From Octopus bimaculoides (lineage: Eukaryota): a DNA stretch of 64,000 bases. The DNA is taken from contig NC_069006.1 in assembly GCF_001194135.2 (NCBI RefSeq), forward strand, positions 6,359,066 through 6,423,065. Reading direction: 5' to 3'. The position numbers and the translations under genes were made by a program. The first letter of the stretch is position 1; each line of letters starts with the position of its first letter. Shown here in pieces: positions 38,291-50,580 of the stretch. The notes under the pieces were generated by a model that worked only from the letters and a program-made list of their open reading frames with translations, did not search any database and had not been told where the DNA came from.

Positions 38291-38729
38291 TGTATGTTTT
38301 GTGTGTATGTGTGTTAGCTTCTATGTTTTGAAAAAGCCATCTAATCCTATTATTCAAAATTATTTTTAGATAAAAAAAATGTTTCTGATTACACTAACAA
38401 TTTTTTGTGGGGGATTAATGTAAAAATAAAAATGAATAAATGAACATTAGGAATCAAAAGAAGAAAGTTTGCAAACAGGGAAACTGGATATTGAAGATGA
38501 TGGAATAGACAAAGGTTTATTATATTATTGTGTGTGTAAATCAAATGAAACCAGAGTTAAATACTGGTTGTGCAGATCTTTAAGCCTGGCAAAAGGAATA
38601 TTTTTAAATATAGTTTCTGTTTGTGGATTAAATCAACGGAACAATGACGAGACAGAAATATAAAGAAGAGGAGTTAAAGAACATCTAATAATAGAATCAC
38701 ATGACAAAAATAACAAGTCACTATCTATA

Positions 38730-39212
38730 TATCTTTTATCTTTTACCGTTTGCTTGTTTTAATCATTAGACTGTAACCATGCTGGGGCACCAGCTTCAAG
38801 AAATTTTAGTTCAATGAATCGACCCCAGTACTTTTTTCTTAAAACCCTGGAACTTATTCTATTGGTCTCATTTTGCCAAACTGCTGAGTTATGGGAACAT
38901 AAACACACCAACAGAGATTGTCGAGCAGTGGTAGGGACAAACACAGACACCCACACACACACATATATACATATATATACATATACATACAGACACACAT
39001 ATATACATATATATACATATACATACACACACACATATATACATACATATACAATGAGCTTCTTTCAGTTTCCATCAACCAAATCCATTCATAAGACTTT
39101 GGGCAGCCTGGGGCTATAGTATAGGACACTTACTGAAGGTTCCACGCAGTGGGACTGAACCCAGACCCATTTGGTTAGGAAACAAATTTCTTATTAGACA
39201 GCAACACCTGTG
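38730..39212 (-). mobile_element. SINE family A, full length
   Basis: Reverse complement is colinear with 28891; GGGACTGAACC box B complement near 39150. Confidence 0.9.
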
Positions 39213-39431
39213 CATAATCCATAACACTCATAAATAAATGAACAAAACTAATGAGAGGTTTGAATAATTTTCATTAGGAAGTATTATCAAATTTAAATAT
39301 TTAATTAGAGGATATGTCTGAGTGTACCAGCTTGTGTGTACGTATAAATGTCTTTTTCCTTTTATTTTATTCATTAGAAATCTTCCCAGAAGGAAAGATC
39401 TGGATTCTAACAAAGATACTCTAGCTTCACA

Positions 39432-39655
39432 CACACCATCATTTAACATCGTTTTCCATGCTGGCATTGGTCAGATGGTTTGACAGGAACAGGCAAATCA
39501 GAAGACTACATCAAGCCCTGCTGTCTGTTTTGGCATGGTTTCTATGGCTGGATGCCTTCTTAACGCCAACCGTTTTACAGAGTGTACTGGGTGATTTTTA
39601 TGTGGCACCAGCACCAGTGAGGTCACCAAGTAATTTGCAAGACAAGACCCATTCA
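39432..39655 (-). mobile_element. RTE-type 3' terminal module
   Basis: CATCATTTAACATCGTTTTCCATGCTGGCAT..GGATGCCTTCTAACGCCAACC. Confidence 0.85.
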
Positions 39656-39974
39656 ACTAGGCTGAGTAGTATTGAGGGACAGAAAAAGTTTCTTGCATTA
39701 GAAGAGAGACATGACTTCCCCAGATGAAGAGAGAAAAATGGCGAAGTGATGGGGACAGGGCAGGGGTCATACACCCAAGTTACATGATGGTGTATATAGT
39801 GAAGCAGACTGGGGATTGGAAAGGAGGTGTGTGTGGGTGACTTCACAAGATTTCAAAAAGGCTGAGAGATAGAGGAGGTGGGGGATAATGGCAAAAAGTT
39901 GTCTATACCTCTAATTTCACATCAGATGGCACAAAGCCACCACCCTCTCCCTAAAACTCCCTCCTCCCAGCAAA

Positions 39975-40085
39975 GGGGGTCTTTGTCTTGAATGTTGGTG
40001 ACCCCCTGTCAGTGCTGGTGACAGGTAAAAAGCACCCAGTACACTCTATAAAGTAGATGGCATTAGGAAGGGCATCCAACTGTAT
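39975..40085 (+). mobile_element. RTE-type 3' module fragment
   Basis: AAAAGCACCCAGTACACTCT..GGCATTAGGAAGGGCATCCA. Confidence 0.8.
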
Positions 40086-40287
40086 GTATGTGTGTATGTT
40101 TGTCCCCCCCCCCACTGCTCGAAAATGGTTTTGATTAGTTTATGTCCCTCATAACATAGTGGTTTGGCAAAACAGACTCATTGATTAAGTACCAGACTTG
40201 GCTTGATTTGTTCAACTAAACCCTTCAAGGTGGTGCCCCAGCATGGCCGCTGTCCAATGACTGAAACAAGTAAAAGATAAAAGATGT
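40086..40287 (+). mobile_element. SINE family A, 3' half
   Basis: CCCCAGCATGGCCGCTGTCCAATGACTGAAACAAGTAAAAGATAAAAG. Confidence 0.85.
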
Positions 40288-40959
40288 CTATATGATGCTA
40301 TATACCTATTTGTATTTTAAACAACCTTGTTTTTTTTTTATCATCTCCATTCCCTTCACGCCCACACGCTTTACCATTTTTAGTATTTTTAAAAAGAATT
40401 CTAGAGAAAGACAGAAATGAGTGTGCAATAGAAATATAAGAAATAGAGAAGTTTAGGAAAAACAGCCAAAGTGATCCAGAAACACACACACACATACACA
40501 CACACAAAATTAACAGGTTTTATGATCCAGTAGCAAGGTTGGTACTAAAAACAGACCATCTACCATTCATGTACACTATGGTTTCTTACAGTAAATGTTC
40601 AAAATTATTAAGATGATATAATCTGTGATTAAAATATGATGCGATTGGATGAAATATCTCCACTTCATTGATGTTAAAGGGAATTTCTTTAAATACATAT
40701 TAGAGAAACTCAATTTTACATTTAAATTTTCTATCAAATATATTATAGGTGATGATGGCAAAAAAAACCCATACAGAGATATATTCCTGTTTAAGATAGT
40801 AATGTTGACCTATCTGTCTCTTTATCAGCTATTTTCTGTGCTGGTGTTGAATAAAAATGTTGAGAAAACAACATTTTCAAGACATCCTCACCAACTTTGA
40901 CCTCAGTCCACAGCACCATCTTTCTATCATCCAATTTAAATATCTTAGCTGAAATTTTC

Positions 40960-41300
40960 TTCTTTTTTTTTTATCTTTTACTTGTTTCAGTTGTTGGACT
41001 GTGGCCATGCTGAGGCACCACCTTGAAGCCTGACATTTATTCAATCAGTCTCTTTTGACAAATTTCTAAGTGCAGGGATGTAAACAAAACAACACCAGTT
41101 TTCAAGTGGTGATTGGAGACAAACACACACATATATATTATAGGCTTCTACTCAGTTTTCATCTACCAAGCTCACTGAAAAGGCATTGGTCAGCCCAGGG
41201 CTATAGAAGAAGACATTTAACAAAGGCTCCACCACACAATGGGACTGAACCAAAGACCACATGGTTCGGAAGCAAGCTTCTTAACCACTCAGCCACACTT
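40960..41300 (-). mobile_element. SINE family A
   Basis: Reverse-complement tail and head (GGGACTGAACC..CACATGGTTCGGAAGCAAGCTTCTTAACCAC). Confidence 0.85.
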
Positions 41301-41984
41301 TTCGCTTGACATATAAAGCCCCTTAACTCCAAACAACCATCTTATAAATCTTTCTTGCTAAACTTGATCCATTCCAGCAACTAATAACTTGTATCCATGG
41401 GACATGTCAATATATTGACAAAGCAGTTTAGAAAACGTCAGACTTGAACAGGTCCATCATGTCAGAGTTAACGATATCACAGAGATGTCATGAGAGAGGG
41501 CCGATGGAGTTAATATGATTGCTAAGATGATATGTAGCTTTGTTCTCACTCTATGTCAAGACCAACTGCCATCCAATTAAACTAATATGATACAACATAC
41601 CAGTAATATCATGGGTCAATGTTTATTGATCATTGTAAAGCCTGGCTGACTGCTGTTTCACTAAATCTTTTTTAATAAAGTCTACTCCTCCTTCACCAGC
41701 CTCAGAAAGTAAAAAGCTTTTTTAATACATAATTACCAAAGCATAAAATGCGTGTGTGTGTGTGCGTATGTGTGTGTGGGTTCATGCACCTGTGCATGTG
41801 TACATGCATGCATGTATGTATGTGTGTATGTATGTATGTATGCATGTATGTATGCGTGTGTTTGTGTACCAATTTGTAAGCATAATGTAATTTAATAATC
41901 TCATTCTTCAGGGTACAATTATGAGTAATTAAAATTTCTAAATTAACTTTGAGTCAGCTAAAATACAATGTACTGGATTATTAT

Positions 41985-42012
41985 TATTATTAACAACAAC
42001 AACAACAACAAC

Positions 42013-42090
<78 letters not shown>

Positions 42091-42120
42091 GAAACTAAAA
42101 ACAACAACAACAATGATAAT
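41985..42120. repeat. (TTA)-(AAC)-(AAT) compound microsatellite
   Basis: Seen directly; source of the poly-N/I ORFs. Confidence 0.95.
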
Positions 42121-42624
42121 ATTAGAAACGTAAAATTTATAACAATAAGTTACCAAATGAAACCAAATTTCTGATCAGAAAATTCCATGAAACAATAATC
42201 CCAAGACAAAGCCATATCCTTCAAAGTATAGACTAACCTATTGAAGTCTTTGAATGTTCTTTTTTATTCCCCCCCCCCTGCCCAGTTTGTTATTAAACAT
42301 TCTTATAATTGACTGACAACAATCCTGTCAAATGCAGAAAGTAATAACGTTTGTGTAGACCTAGTGAGGTAATGTGACAAAAATAAGAAATGCACCATTT
42401 CATTTGAGATGAACATTAGTAAAACCATTCTCTATTAGATCCTTTTATTGGCACCATTAACAAACAGAATGGTCAAATTTAATTCCAAAAGGCTATAACC
42501 CTGATGGTACAACATCTATTACAATCTTTGGACTGGAAGGCATTTTGTCCACTGCTCCACCAATTTTATTAATGGCCAGCATCCTTGGATTCTGAACAAG
42601 TTTCTAGTTTAAATATTGGGCTAA

Positions 42625-42838
42625 GGCTGTGAATTGGCAGAATCGGTGGCACACTGGGCAAAATGCTGAGTGGCATTTCATCCATCTTTACATTCTGAGT
42701 TCAAATTGCATCAAGGTTGTCTTCACTTTTCATCCTTCCAGGGTCAATAAATTAGGTACATGTCAAGCACTAGGGTTGATGTAATTGACTTGCCCTCCCC
42801 TCTCGAGCTTGCTGGCCTTGTGCCAAAATTTGAAACCG
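42625..42838 (+). mobile_element. tRNA-derived SINE, family C
   Basis: TGGCAGAATCGG head, GAGTTCAAATT box B, central TTTCATCCTT..GGGTCAATAAA..GTAC module, GGCCTTGTGCCAAAATTTGAAAC tail. Confidence 0.85.
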
Positions 42839-42879
42839 ATTTAGATAGAGGACCACAATTTTGGTAGAGAAAGGAGGGT

Positions 42880-43010
42880 TAACCAGCTAAATTGACCCAC
42901 AGCACTTGACTGGTACTTAGCCCCAAGGGGATGAAAGGCAATGTTGATCTCAGTGGGGATTTGAACATAGAACATAAAGAGATGGAAGACCTACTGCAAC
43001 ATATATTTTT
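42880..43010 (-). mobile_element. SINE family C fragment, inverted relative to its neighbour
   Basis: Reverse complement: GTTCAAATCC..GCCTTTCATCCCCTTGGGG..AAGTACCAGTCAAGTGCTGTGGGTCAAT. Confidence 0.7.
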
Positions 43011-43378
43011 TCAAGAGACTAATAATTCTATTAATCCTCTACACTCTGGGATTAAATGAAAATAAAAACAGCCTCTAAAGATTTAATGTAGATCAACTCT
43101 CACCAGCCTGTTATCTTATCAAATCCCTATGGTACCCCAAGATGATAATTTCCACCCTGTACTTTGTTTATGAAGAGCTGCTGCATAGTACAACCAGTCA
43201 TTGAGTGATGATGGGAATATCATAAGAGGGACCTGTCTCTCATGTCAGCTCACAGCATCTACCTTTTTGGTCTCCATTGCTGAAAAGGAGATAACCACTC
43301 TGAAATGCATGCATCCCACAGTTCTGGTTCAGGACTGCTGTGAACTGACTCACTGTATTTACACCTATTTGCTTACAG

Positions 43379-44443
43379 CAGTGTTTCTCAAACTTTTTAC
43401 CCTTGTGTAACCCTTAAAATAAATTACATGTCTCATGGAAACCCTGAACAAAAAAAAAAAAAAAAAAAAAATTACATACCATATCTTTCACATATTTTTT
43501 TTCATGTTAGTTCATGTGGTAAATATCACATTTCTTGGTATTGTCTTTCTTTCATCTCTCTACCTTATTCATTATTTCGCTTGTACCTTTCCCTCTGTCT
43601 CTTCCTCTCTCTCGTTTCTTCCCTAATTCTTCAATCCCTCTGCCCCCAACCTCTCTCTGTTCCTTCCATATAACCGGTGTTCAGCCAAGCATGACCTTTC
43701 TTTCTTGGCTTGACTGCTGCCCATACAACACCTTATTTTCCTGTCTCCTGATATTCATCTATGTTGTGCCACATGGCTCTCACCCCACACACCAGCTCAA
43801 CTTGACTTGTCCTTATTAGGTGAAAGACACCTGTTGTTATTCTCGTGTTGTTTGTATTTGTAACCGTGTAACATTTTCTCAGTTTTCTCGTTTCTTTGTC
43901 TGTGTTATCGTACACATTAGCTTGCTTTCTTCCAAAAATTTAACGCTCTTAGCTTAGATTTTTGGGGATTCTACCAATTATGAACAGTCTCAAGAGTAAC
44001 AGGTTGAAACTGTAATGATAATTGGAAACTTGACTGATGAACAAAAGGCTATGAATGATCCATCCTGGTTTTTCCTGTCTGTCTTTGTATCGTCTATCTG
44101 TCCGTATGTTTTTATTGTCGTCTGTTATGCTCTTATTCTGTTTATTGCATTCATATATATATATAAATATAAATAATTTATATAAAGGGCATTAACTGTG
44201 TAGTAATGACTCACGCTTCGAAGCGTGAGGCATTACTACACAGTNNNNNNNNNNNNNNNNNNNNNNNNNNNNNNNNNNNNNNNNNNNNNNNNNNNNNNNN
44301 NNNNNNNNNNNNNNNNNNNNNNNNNNNNNNNNNNNNNNNNNNNNNNNNNNNNNNNNNNNNNNNNNNNNNNNNNNNNNNNNNNNNNNNNNNNNNNNNNNNN
44401 NNNNNNNNNNNNNNNNNNNNNNNNNNNNNNNNNNNNNNNNNNN

Positions 44444-44481
<38 letters not shown>

Positions 44482-44620
44482 CCAATAATATGTGTTGTGC
44501 ATGTATAGTAATATTACGAGCATGAAATTAGCATTAGCTTATCTCACACTTCCTCATGGAATCTCTAGGAACCTTCTGCAGAACCCTAGGGTTCCAGGGA
44601 ACCCCGGTTGAGAAACGCTG
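43379..44620. mobile_element. non-autonomous hAT element with internal cargo, inserted into a MITE
   Basis: TIRs CAGTGTTTCTCAA / TTGAGAAACGCTG; flanks GCTTACAG and GTCTACAG; the joined flanks match the uninterrupted MITE at about 22475-22605. Confidence 0.8.
44195..44244. repeat. 50-bp near-perfect palindrome
   Basis: ACTGTGTAGTAATGACTCACGCTTCGAAGCGTGAGGCATTACTACACAGT; one mismatched pair. Confidence 0.95.
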
Positions 44621-44727
44621 GTCTACAGTGAGAAATTTTCTCCATCACAAAATACAATAAATGGCTTTCTTATGGGCTCAAATATGTCCCAAGCATATTT
44701 GAACGGTTGACAAGTTTGTATTTATAC
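44621..44727 (+). mobile_element. right half of the host MITE (22393-22612 family)
   Basis: GTCTACAGTGAGAAATTTTCTC.AT.ACAAAATACAAT.AATGG.TTTCTTATGGG.TC.AA shared with 22517-22600. Confidence 0.85.
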
Positions 44728-45415
44728 ACATCACTGCTTGGTGCTGTCGTCATGACAATTTTAATGTTTAAAACAGTGATAGCTACTGTTTACTGGTTAT
44801 GAGTTGATATCAAGTTATCAGAATTAAACAACATGAATTATTGATAAAGTACTGAACAATAATGGTCCTTTACACAATTGTAATAGCTCACTATTTTCTT
44901 GGGCCTCTAACTAGACAAGATTCTGATCAGCAAGAAGCAACAACAAAGGCACTGAAGAATTCTTTACATGACAACAGGCAGAACACAAGACATTCATAAA
45001 AAAACAGCAGCAACTGAGATACACCCTGTCCCCACCCCTATTGCCTAAAGCTATGAATACAGCAGAATAATGAAGAAACTAAACCATTCTGATGTATGTA
45101 GTGCGTATATATCGAAGGTCAATGTAGTACAGTGATGGTGGTGAAACTTAGATCAGTTTCCATTCATATTATTTTCCCTGAAGAGAACAACAATGTTATT
45201 TTGATGGCATTTACTATTTTCTTACATAACTTACGTAAATAGTTTTGTTCAATACACTTCAGTTATTTATTTTTTTTTAATTATTTTTTGCTTATTTCTT
45301 ATCTTGCTTAGATCTCCCACTGTCACTTCTTACTCAATCTTTTGTACACATTCATTATATATACATTCACTTATATATGGTAGCAGACACTAACAAACAC
45401 TTATACACACATGTG

Positions 45416-45452
<37 letters not shown>

Positions 45453-46049
45453 NNNNNNNNNNNNNNNNNNNNNNNNNNNNNNNNNNNNNNNNNNNNNNNN
45501 NNNNNNNNNNNNNNNNNNNNNNNNNNNNNNNNNNNNNNNNNNNNNNNNNNNNNNNNNNNNNNNNNNNNNNNNNNNNNNNNNNNNNNNNNNNNNNNNNNNN
45601 NNNNNNNNNNNNNNNNNNNNNNNNNNNNNNNNNNNNNNNNNNNNNNNNNNNNNNNNNNNNNNNNNNNNNNNNNNNNNNNNNNNNNNNNNNNNNNNNNNNN
45701 NNNNTATATATATATATATCTTTATATATATACGAGTGTCACATCTACACACACACATATATATGTAAATGATAACACAGTGTTAGCTTCAATGACCTGG
45801 CCATGTTGTGCAATCAGTGGACTATCAGTAAGCAAAACAACTGGTTTAATCTCAGCTGAATGAAAGACACACAACAAGGAGAACTGAAGCAGTTCAAACA
45901 TTCACCCAGAATCATAATTTGAAAAAGTGTAGTCTGAGAGAGAATTATTGGTAAATAGAGGAGACACAGATGGATCGTGTATAGTGGAACATGGTATTTT
46001 GACATAGCAGGAATTGAACATTTCAGTGGTAATTGAGAAAGTAGACAGT

Positions 46050-46215
46050 AGTGTGAAGGGACCAACACAGCAGTGCATAGGGACCAACACAGCAGTGCAG
46101 AGGGACCAACACAGCAGTGCAGAGGGACCAACNNNNNNNNNNCCAACACAGCAGTGCAGAGGGACCAACACAGCAGTGCAGAGGGACCAACATACCAGTG
46201 TGAAAGGACCAACAC
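46050..46215. repeat. 22-bp minisatellite spanning a gap
   Basis: Unit AGGGACCAACACAGCAGTGCAG; at least 6 visible copies with variant edge units. Confidence 0.95.
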
Positions 46216-46385
46216 TTCCTAATTCCTCTGCCTCACCGCTACATGTCATCCCTCCCTCATTCATCAAGATCCACATTAAACACTTTACCGAATCACTTCA
46301 AACTTGAAATGCAGTCCTCAAAAGTCCTTTCCTTGTCAAACCACATCACCCTCACGAATATGAGATGACTTGTAATGGCTATCAC

Positions 46386-46424
<39 letters not shown>

Positions 46425-46721
46425 AAAAAGTATTACTTGCAAATCATTAAAATTTCAGTAAAAAATCTGGGCTTCTAAATAAAATAAAAAGATAATTGAT
46501 GCTTTTCATTTCATGGGAATTTTAAATTGAAACAAGGAAGCTGAGCAGTTGGGTCTGACAATGGTGTGAATGACGAGCTTGAAATTTTACACCTAAAGGA
46601 AGAGGGGTTTTTTTGACAGCAAAAATCTGAGACAGTAATGAATATAAACTAAAACCATGTCATTGTAATATATCAGAATCATGGTAGTGTAATCCTTGAG
46701 GAATAATAAATGTTACTATAT

Positions 46722-47040
46722 GACGGTATGTGGCTTAGTGGTTAGGGTATTCAGCTCATGATTCCAAGGTCATAAGTTCGATTCCTGACAGCATGTTGTG
46801 TCCTTGAGCAAGACTCTTTATTCCATGTTGTTCCAGTGCACTCAGCTGGCAAAAATGAGTTGTACCTGTAATTTCAAAGGGGCCAGCCTTGTTACATTCT
46901 GTGTCACACTGAATCTCTCTGAGAACTATGTTAAGGGTACATGTGTCTGAGGAGTGCTCAGTCACATGTTAATTTCACAAGCAGGCTGTTCTATTGATTA
47001 GAACAAGTGGAACCCTCATCATCATAACCAATGGAGTGCT
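46722..47040 (+). mobile_element. tRNA-derived SINE, family D; head fragment also at about 23740-23815
   Basis: Box A TGGCTTAGTGG (46731-46741), box B AGTTCGATTCC (46775-46785), then TGTGTCCTTGAGCAAGAC; body unrelated to families A and C. Confidence 0.85.
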
Positions 47041-47801
47041 AATACAGTACAAATGTTATTGTTGTCATAGAATAAATCATAGAAAATGTCTGTAGATTTA
47101 AATGCGTCATCATTTCTATTCATATAAAACTGGATTTTCAAATTATACTGAAATCAAAGCAGAAAAACTAAGAAACTAGATATGAAAACTTACATTAAAA
47201 AAAAGATATGTGGCTGGCTTTTAAATATTACCAGAAAACATTCATATATTTTTAATTAAAAGTACAGGACAACTATCTTAATGAAACCAAAAACTGAAAG
47301 TAATATTTTTAAAATTAGAAAATAAAATGTCCTTCAAGTTATTTGGCAAAACTAATTATTTCAAAATTATTTATGAATCTAGCCAATAAATCTTAGTTAA
47401 ATGATTTGAAACTTTAAATGCAAATTCACAGAAATAGTTTGAGTTTTTTGTTTTTTTTAAGCTGGAGTGCTTTTAATGATAGGGATAAACAGTAGCAGTA
47501 CCACCTAAAGGATGATCTCAACTAAAAGGCCAACTGATCACTAATATCCTAGCAAACTTGACCAGCTCATAATTTAGGTCCTTCTCCAAGAGACCCTGTT
47601 TCCAGGGAGCTCTACAAAAGAGTGACCTCAAGTAATCACTCATTCATCTGAAGTCAGATGAATTTACAGTTTACAATTATCTTGAAGGAAAATTCACTTT
47701 TGGTCATTTTTCACTCAACGACCAAAGGAACTGCAGTATAGTCACTCAACCTGCTAGAAATAGCAACCAAATTTGCTTCCAGTCACATCTTAAAATCTTA
47801 A

Positions 47802-48050
47802 CCCCTTTACTGCAAAATAAAATTTCATGGTTATTTCAGTAATGATGTTAAATATCTACCAAAAACTAGAATTACTATTTCCTGCAAATCATGCTGCCTC
47901 AGTAAACTTGACACATCTCATCTAAAGATAGTTTCAAACATGAAAACATGACATTCTCCACCAACGAAAGATAGAATGGTTTATAAAACTGCTTTCCACA
48001 GTTAAGGGCAATGAAATGTTGAGTGGATTTATCTGATTTCTGTGGTAAAA
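47802..48050 (+). mobile_element. piggyBac-like MITE fragment, homologue of 32101-32488
   Basis: TTAA|CCCCTTTAC end; ATGGTTATTTCAGTAATGATG.TAAATATCTACCA.AAA.TAGAATT shared. Confidence 0.75.
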
Positions 48051-49424
48051 CAGGTTCCAAAAAATGACATAGGGAACTGTAGATTAAGATACATTAAATC
48101 TGAATGGAAGATGGATTAGTCACGATTAGACTGTCTTTGATCATAGCTCCACTCAGTGTCGGTGTTGACTTAGTGTTAAACAATATGCTGTTTGCTTTGT
48201 AACTATTATAAATCCTTAAGGAATTAGAATGTCTTAACTGCAATCTTTTATGATAGAATGCAAACTAAAACCCACTCATTTCCAAAGTCAATTAATATTC
48301 ATTTAAATTGTGATATTCAAATCCCAATTTATTATTCAATAGCTGCTAATAGGACATGCTTTTAAAATGCTTCGGTTTAATAAGTTTATAGAATTTGAAA
48401 TAAAAATTCATGAAATAAAGAACTTTTATTAACACAGCAAACACAAGAGGTGGAATTCTCTATGCAAATTACACCAATTACACTGGTTCATGCTGGAGAT
48501 GAAATGAAGTCAATATTACAGGAATTCCTTCTGTTTCCCAATGAAGTGATAAATATTTTATTCGCTTAAAAAATTATATTCTTTCTCCATCACTCTCAGA
48601 TTCCACTTTTCTGTTCCTTAATTTACCATTCCTCTCTTTCAGTTCTTTCTCCTATTCTTGCTTCCCCCCTCTTTCACTCTTTCTTCTCCCTTCATTACAC
48701 CATACTCTTTCTCTCCCTCTTCTTCTTTTCTACATATTTTCATACACTGCACACATTCTCTCTGGCAGTCTCTCTCTCTCTCTCTCTCTCTCTGTCTGTC
48801 TGTTTCTCTCTCTCTCTCACTCACACATGCAATCATTAGCTTATTTAATATCTGAAACTATGCATTACTTTCCTGAAGCTGCTATCACTATATTTATAGA
48901 TCCATCAATGTTAGTGTTACGATTATCATTATTATTTTTATTATTATTATTATAACAGACGACTAGCATTACTAACATGCTAAACATTAAATTGTTAGCA
49001 CAATGCATTTTCCTTTGTAAGAAGGCGGAGAGAAGTCCATGATCTTTGCACGCCCTCTCAGACAACCTGCTATTACTACTAATAAGCATACAAGACACTA
49101 GCTAATACTGATACACATATTAATACAGCAACGCTAACACACTAAACAGGGAAGCTGCCTTTTATCAATATTAGGACTCTACTAAACAAGCTATTATTAT
49201 CAATACTGATGAAGTAACCCATTGTCTACAGAAATACATCAAAACAAGATGCGAACTACAGTCTACATTTAGATAACAAAATACATTAAATATATTTAAA
49301 TTTAAATACTAAAGCTATGAAGGTTATTTATTTTCAAGGATTCAGGATTAGTAACTTTTGCTCAATATTTCATTAAAACTGTGATTCAAAAATGAATACA
49401 AAAAACTGTTACTATTTTCTTTAC

Positions 49425-49640
49425 AATCATCATCATCAACTAATGTCTGTTTTTCATTCTGGCATGGGCTGGACAATTTCACAGGAGCTGGCAAAGCCAG
49501 GAGCAGCACCAGATCCCATTGTCAGTTTTGGCATGGTTTCTACAGCTGGATGCCCTTCCTAATGACAACCACTTTACAGAGTGTACTGGGTGCTTTTTAT
49601 GTAGCACCGTTACCAGTGACTTTTATGTGATACCAGCACC
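49425..49640 (-). mobile_element. RTE-type 3' terminal module
   Basis: (CAT)n, then TTTCTACAGCTGGATGCCCTTCCTAATGACAACCAC. Confidence 0.85.
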
Positions 49641-49847
49641 AATATAAAATATGAAATGGCAAAGTATATTATGAGAACCAGACTAGCTTTGTAATATGTT
49701 TTTGGCTCAAATCTTGCTTAGAAAGTTTATTTACCAATCCTTCGGATTTGATTAAGTATCAATCATGTATTCGTAGCCAGGCTGTTCTGGGTAAGGAAAA
49801 ACAAGAAAGTCATCCTCATTGTTGCTGCCATCATTCCTATTATGAAA

Positions 49848-50068
49848 ATGGCAGCTGACAGACTTGTCAGCATGGAAGAGCCAGGACAAAAAAAATGCTT
49901 AACACCATTTCTTCTAGCTTTATATTGTGAGTTCAAATTCTGCCCAAGTTGACTTTGCTTTCTGCCCTTTTGAGGTCTATAAATTAAGCACCAGTTGATC
50001 AATGGGGGTCAATATAATTGATTTACTTCTCTCGCAAAATTTTAGATGCTGTACCTATAGCACAAAGG

Positions 50069-50137
<69 letters not shown>

Positions 50138-50580
50138 ATTATTATTATTAAGATGGCAAGCTGGCAGAATCGTTAACATGCTGGATGAAATGCTTAATGG
50201 TATTTCGTCTGCTGCTACTTTCTGAGTTCAAATTCTGCCAAGGCCGACTTTACCTTTAATCCTTTCAGGGTCGATAAATTAAGTACCAGTGAAACACTGG
50301 GGTCGATGTAATTGATTAATCCCCTACCCTAAAACTGCAGGCCTTATGCCTATAGCAGCAAGGATTATTGTTGCTGTTGTTGTTATAAGGACTGCGGATT
50401 GGCTGAATCGTTAGAGTGATAGAAGAAATGCCTTGCTACATTTTCCTGACATTTCATGCACACTCTTCAGACCCTTCCAAGATCAATTTTGCCTTTCATC
50501 CTTTCAGAGTCAATAAAATAAAGTACCAGTCATTTAGTGAGGTTTGATGGCATTGACAGTACCTGTGTCCCCTCAGAATG
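49848..50580 (+). mobile_element. three head-to-tail SINE family C copies (about 49848-50150, 50152-50385, 50388-50580)
   Basis: Each has a head, GAGTTCAAATTCTGCC or a decayed equivalent, and the central module; separated by (TTA)n or (TTG)n tails. Confidence 0.85.

Noticed and set aside
44020-44075. Second hammerhead candidate (CTGATGA at 44034-44040)
   Set aside because: GAAA is replaced by GAAT and I could not form convincing stems I or II; at best a decayed relic. A family consensus would be needed.
46050-46215. CRISPR-like appearance of the 22-bp repeats
   Set aside because: Units are contiguous with no unique spacers, there are no cas genes, and the context is eukaryotic.
49200-49250. 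CTGATGA...GAAA motif
   Set aside because: Only a 3-bp stem II with a mismatched closing pair, and no stem I.
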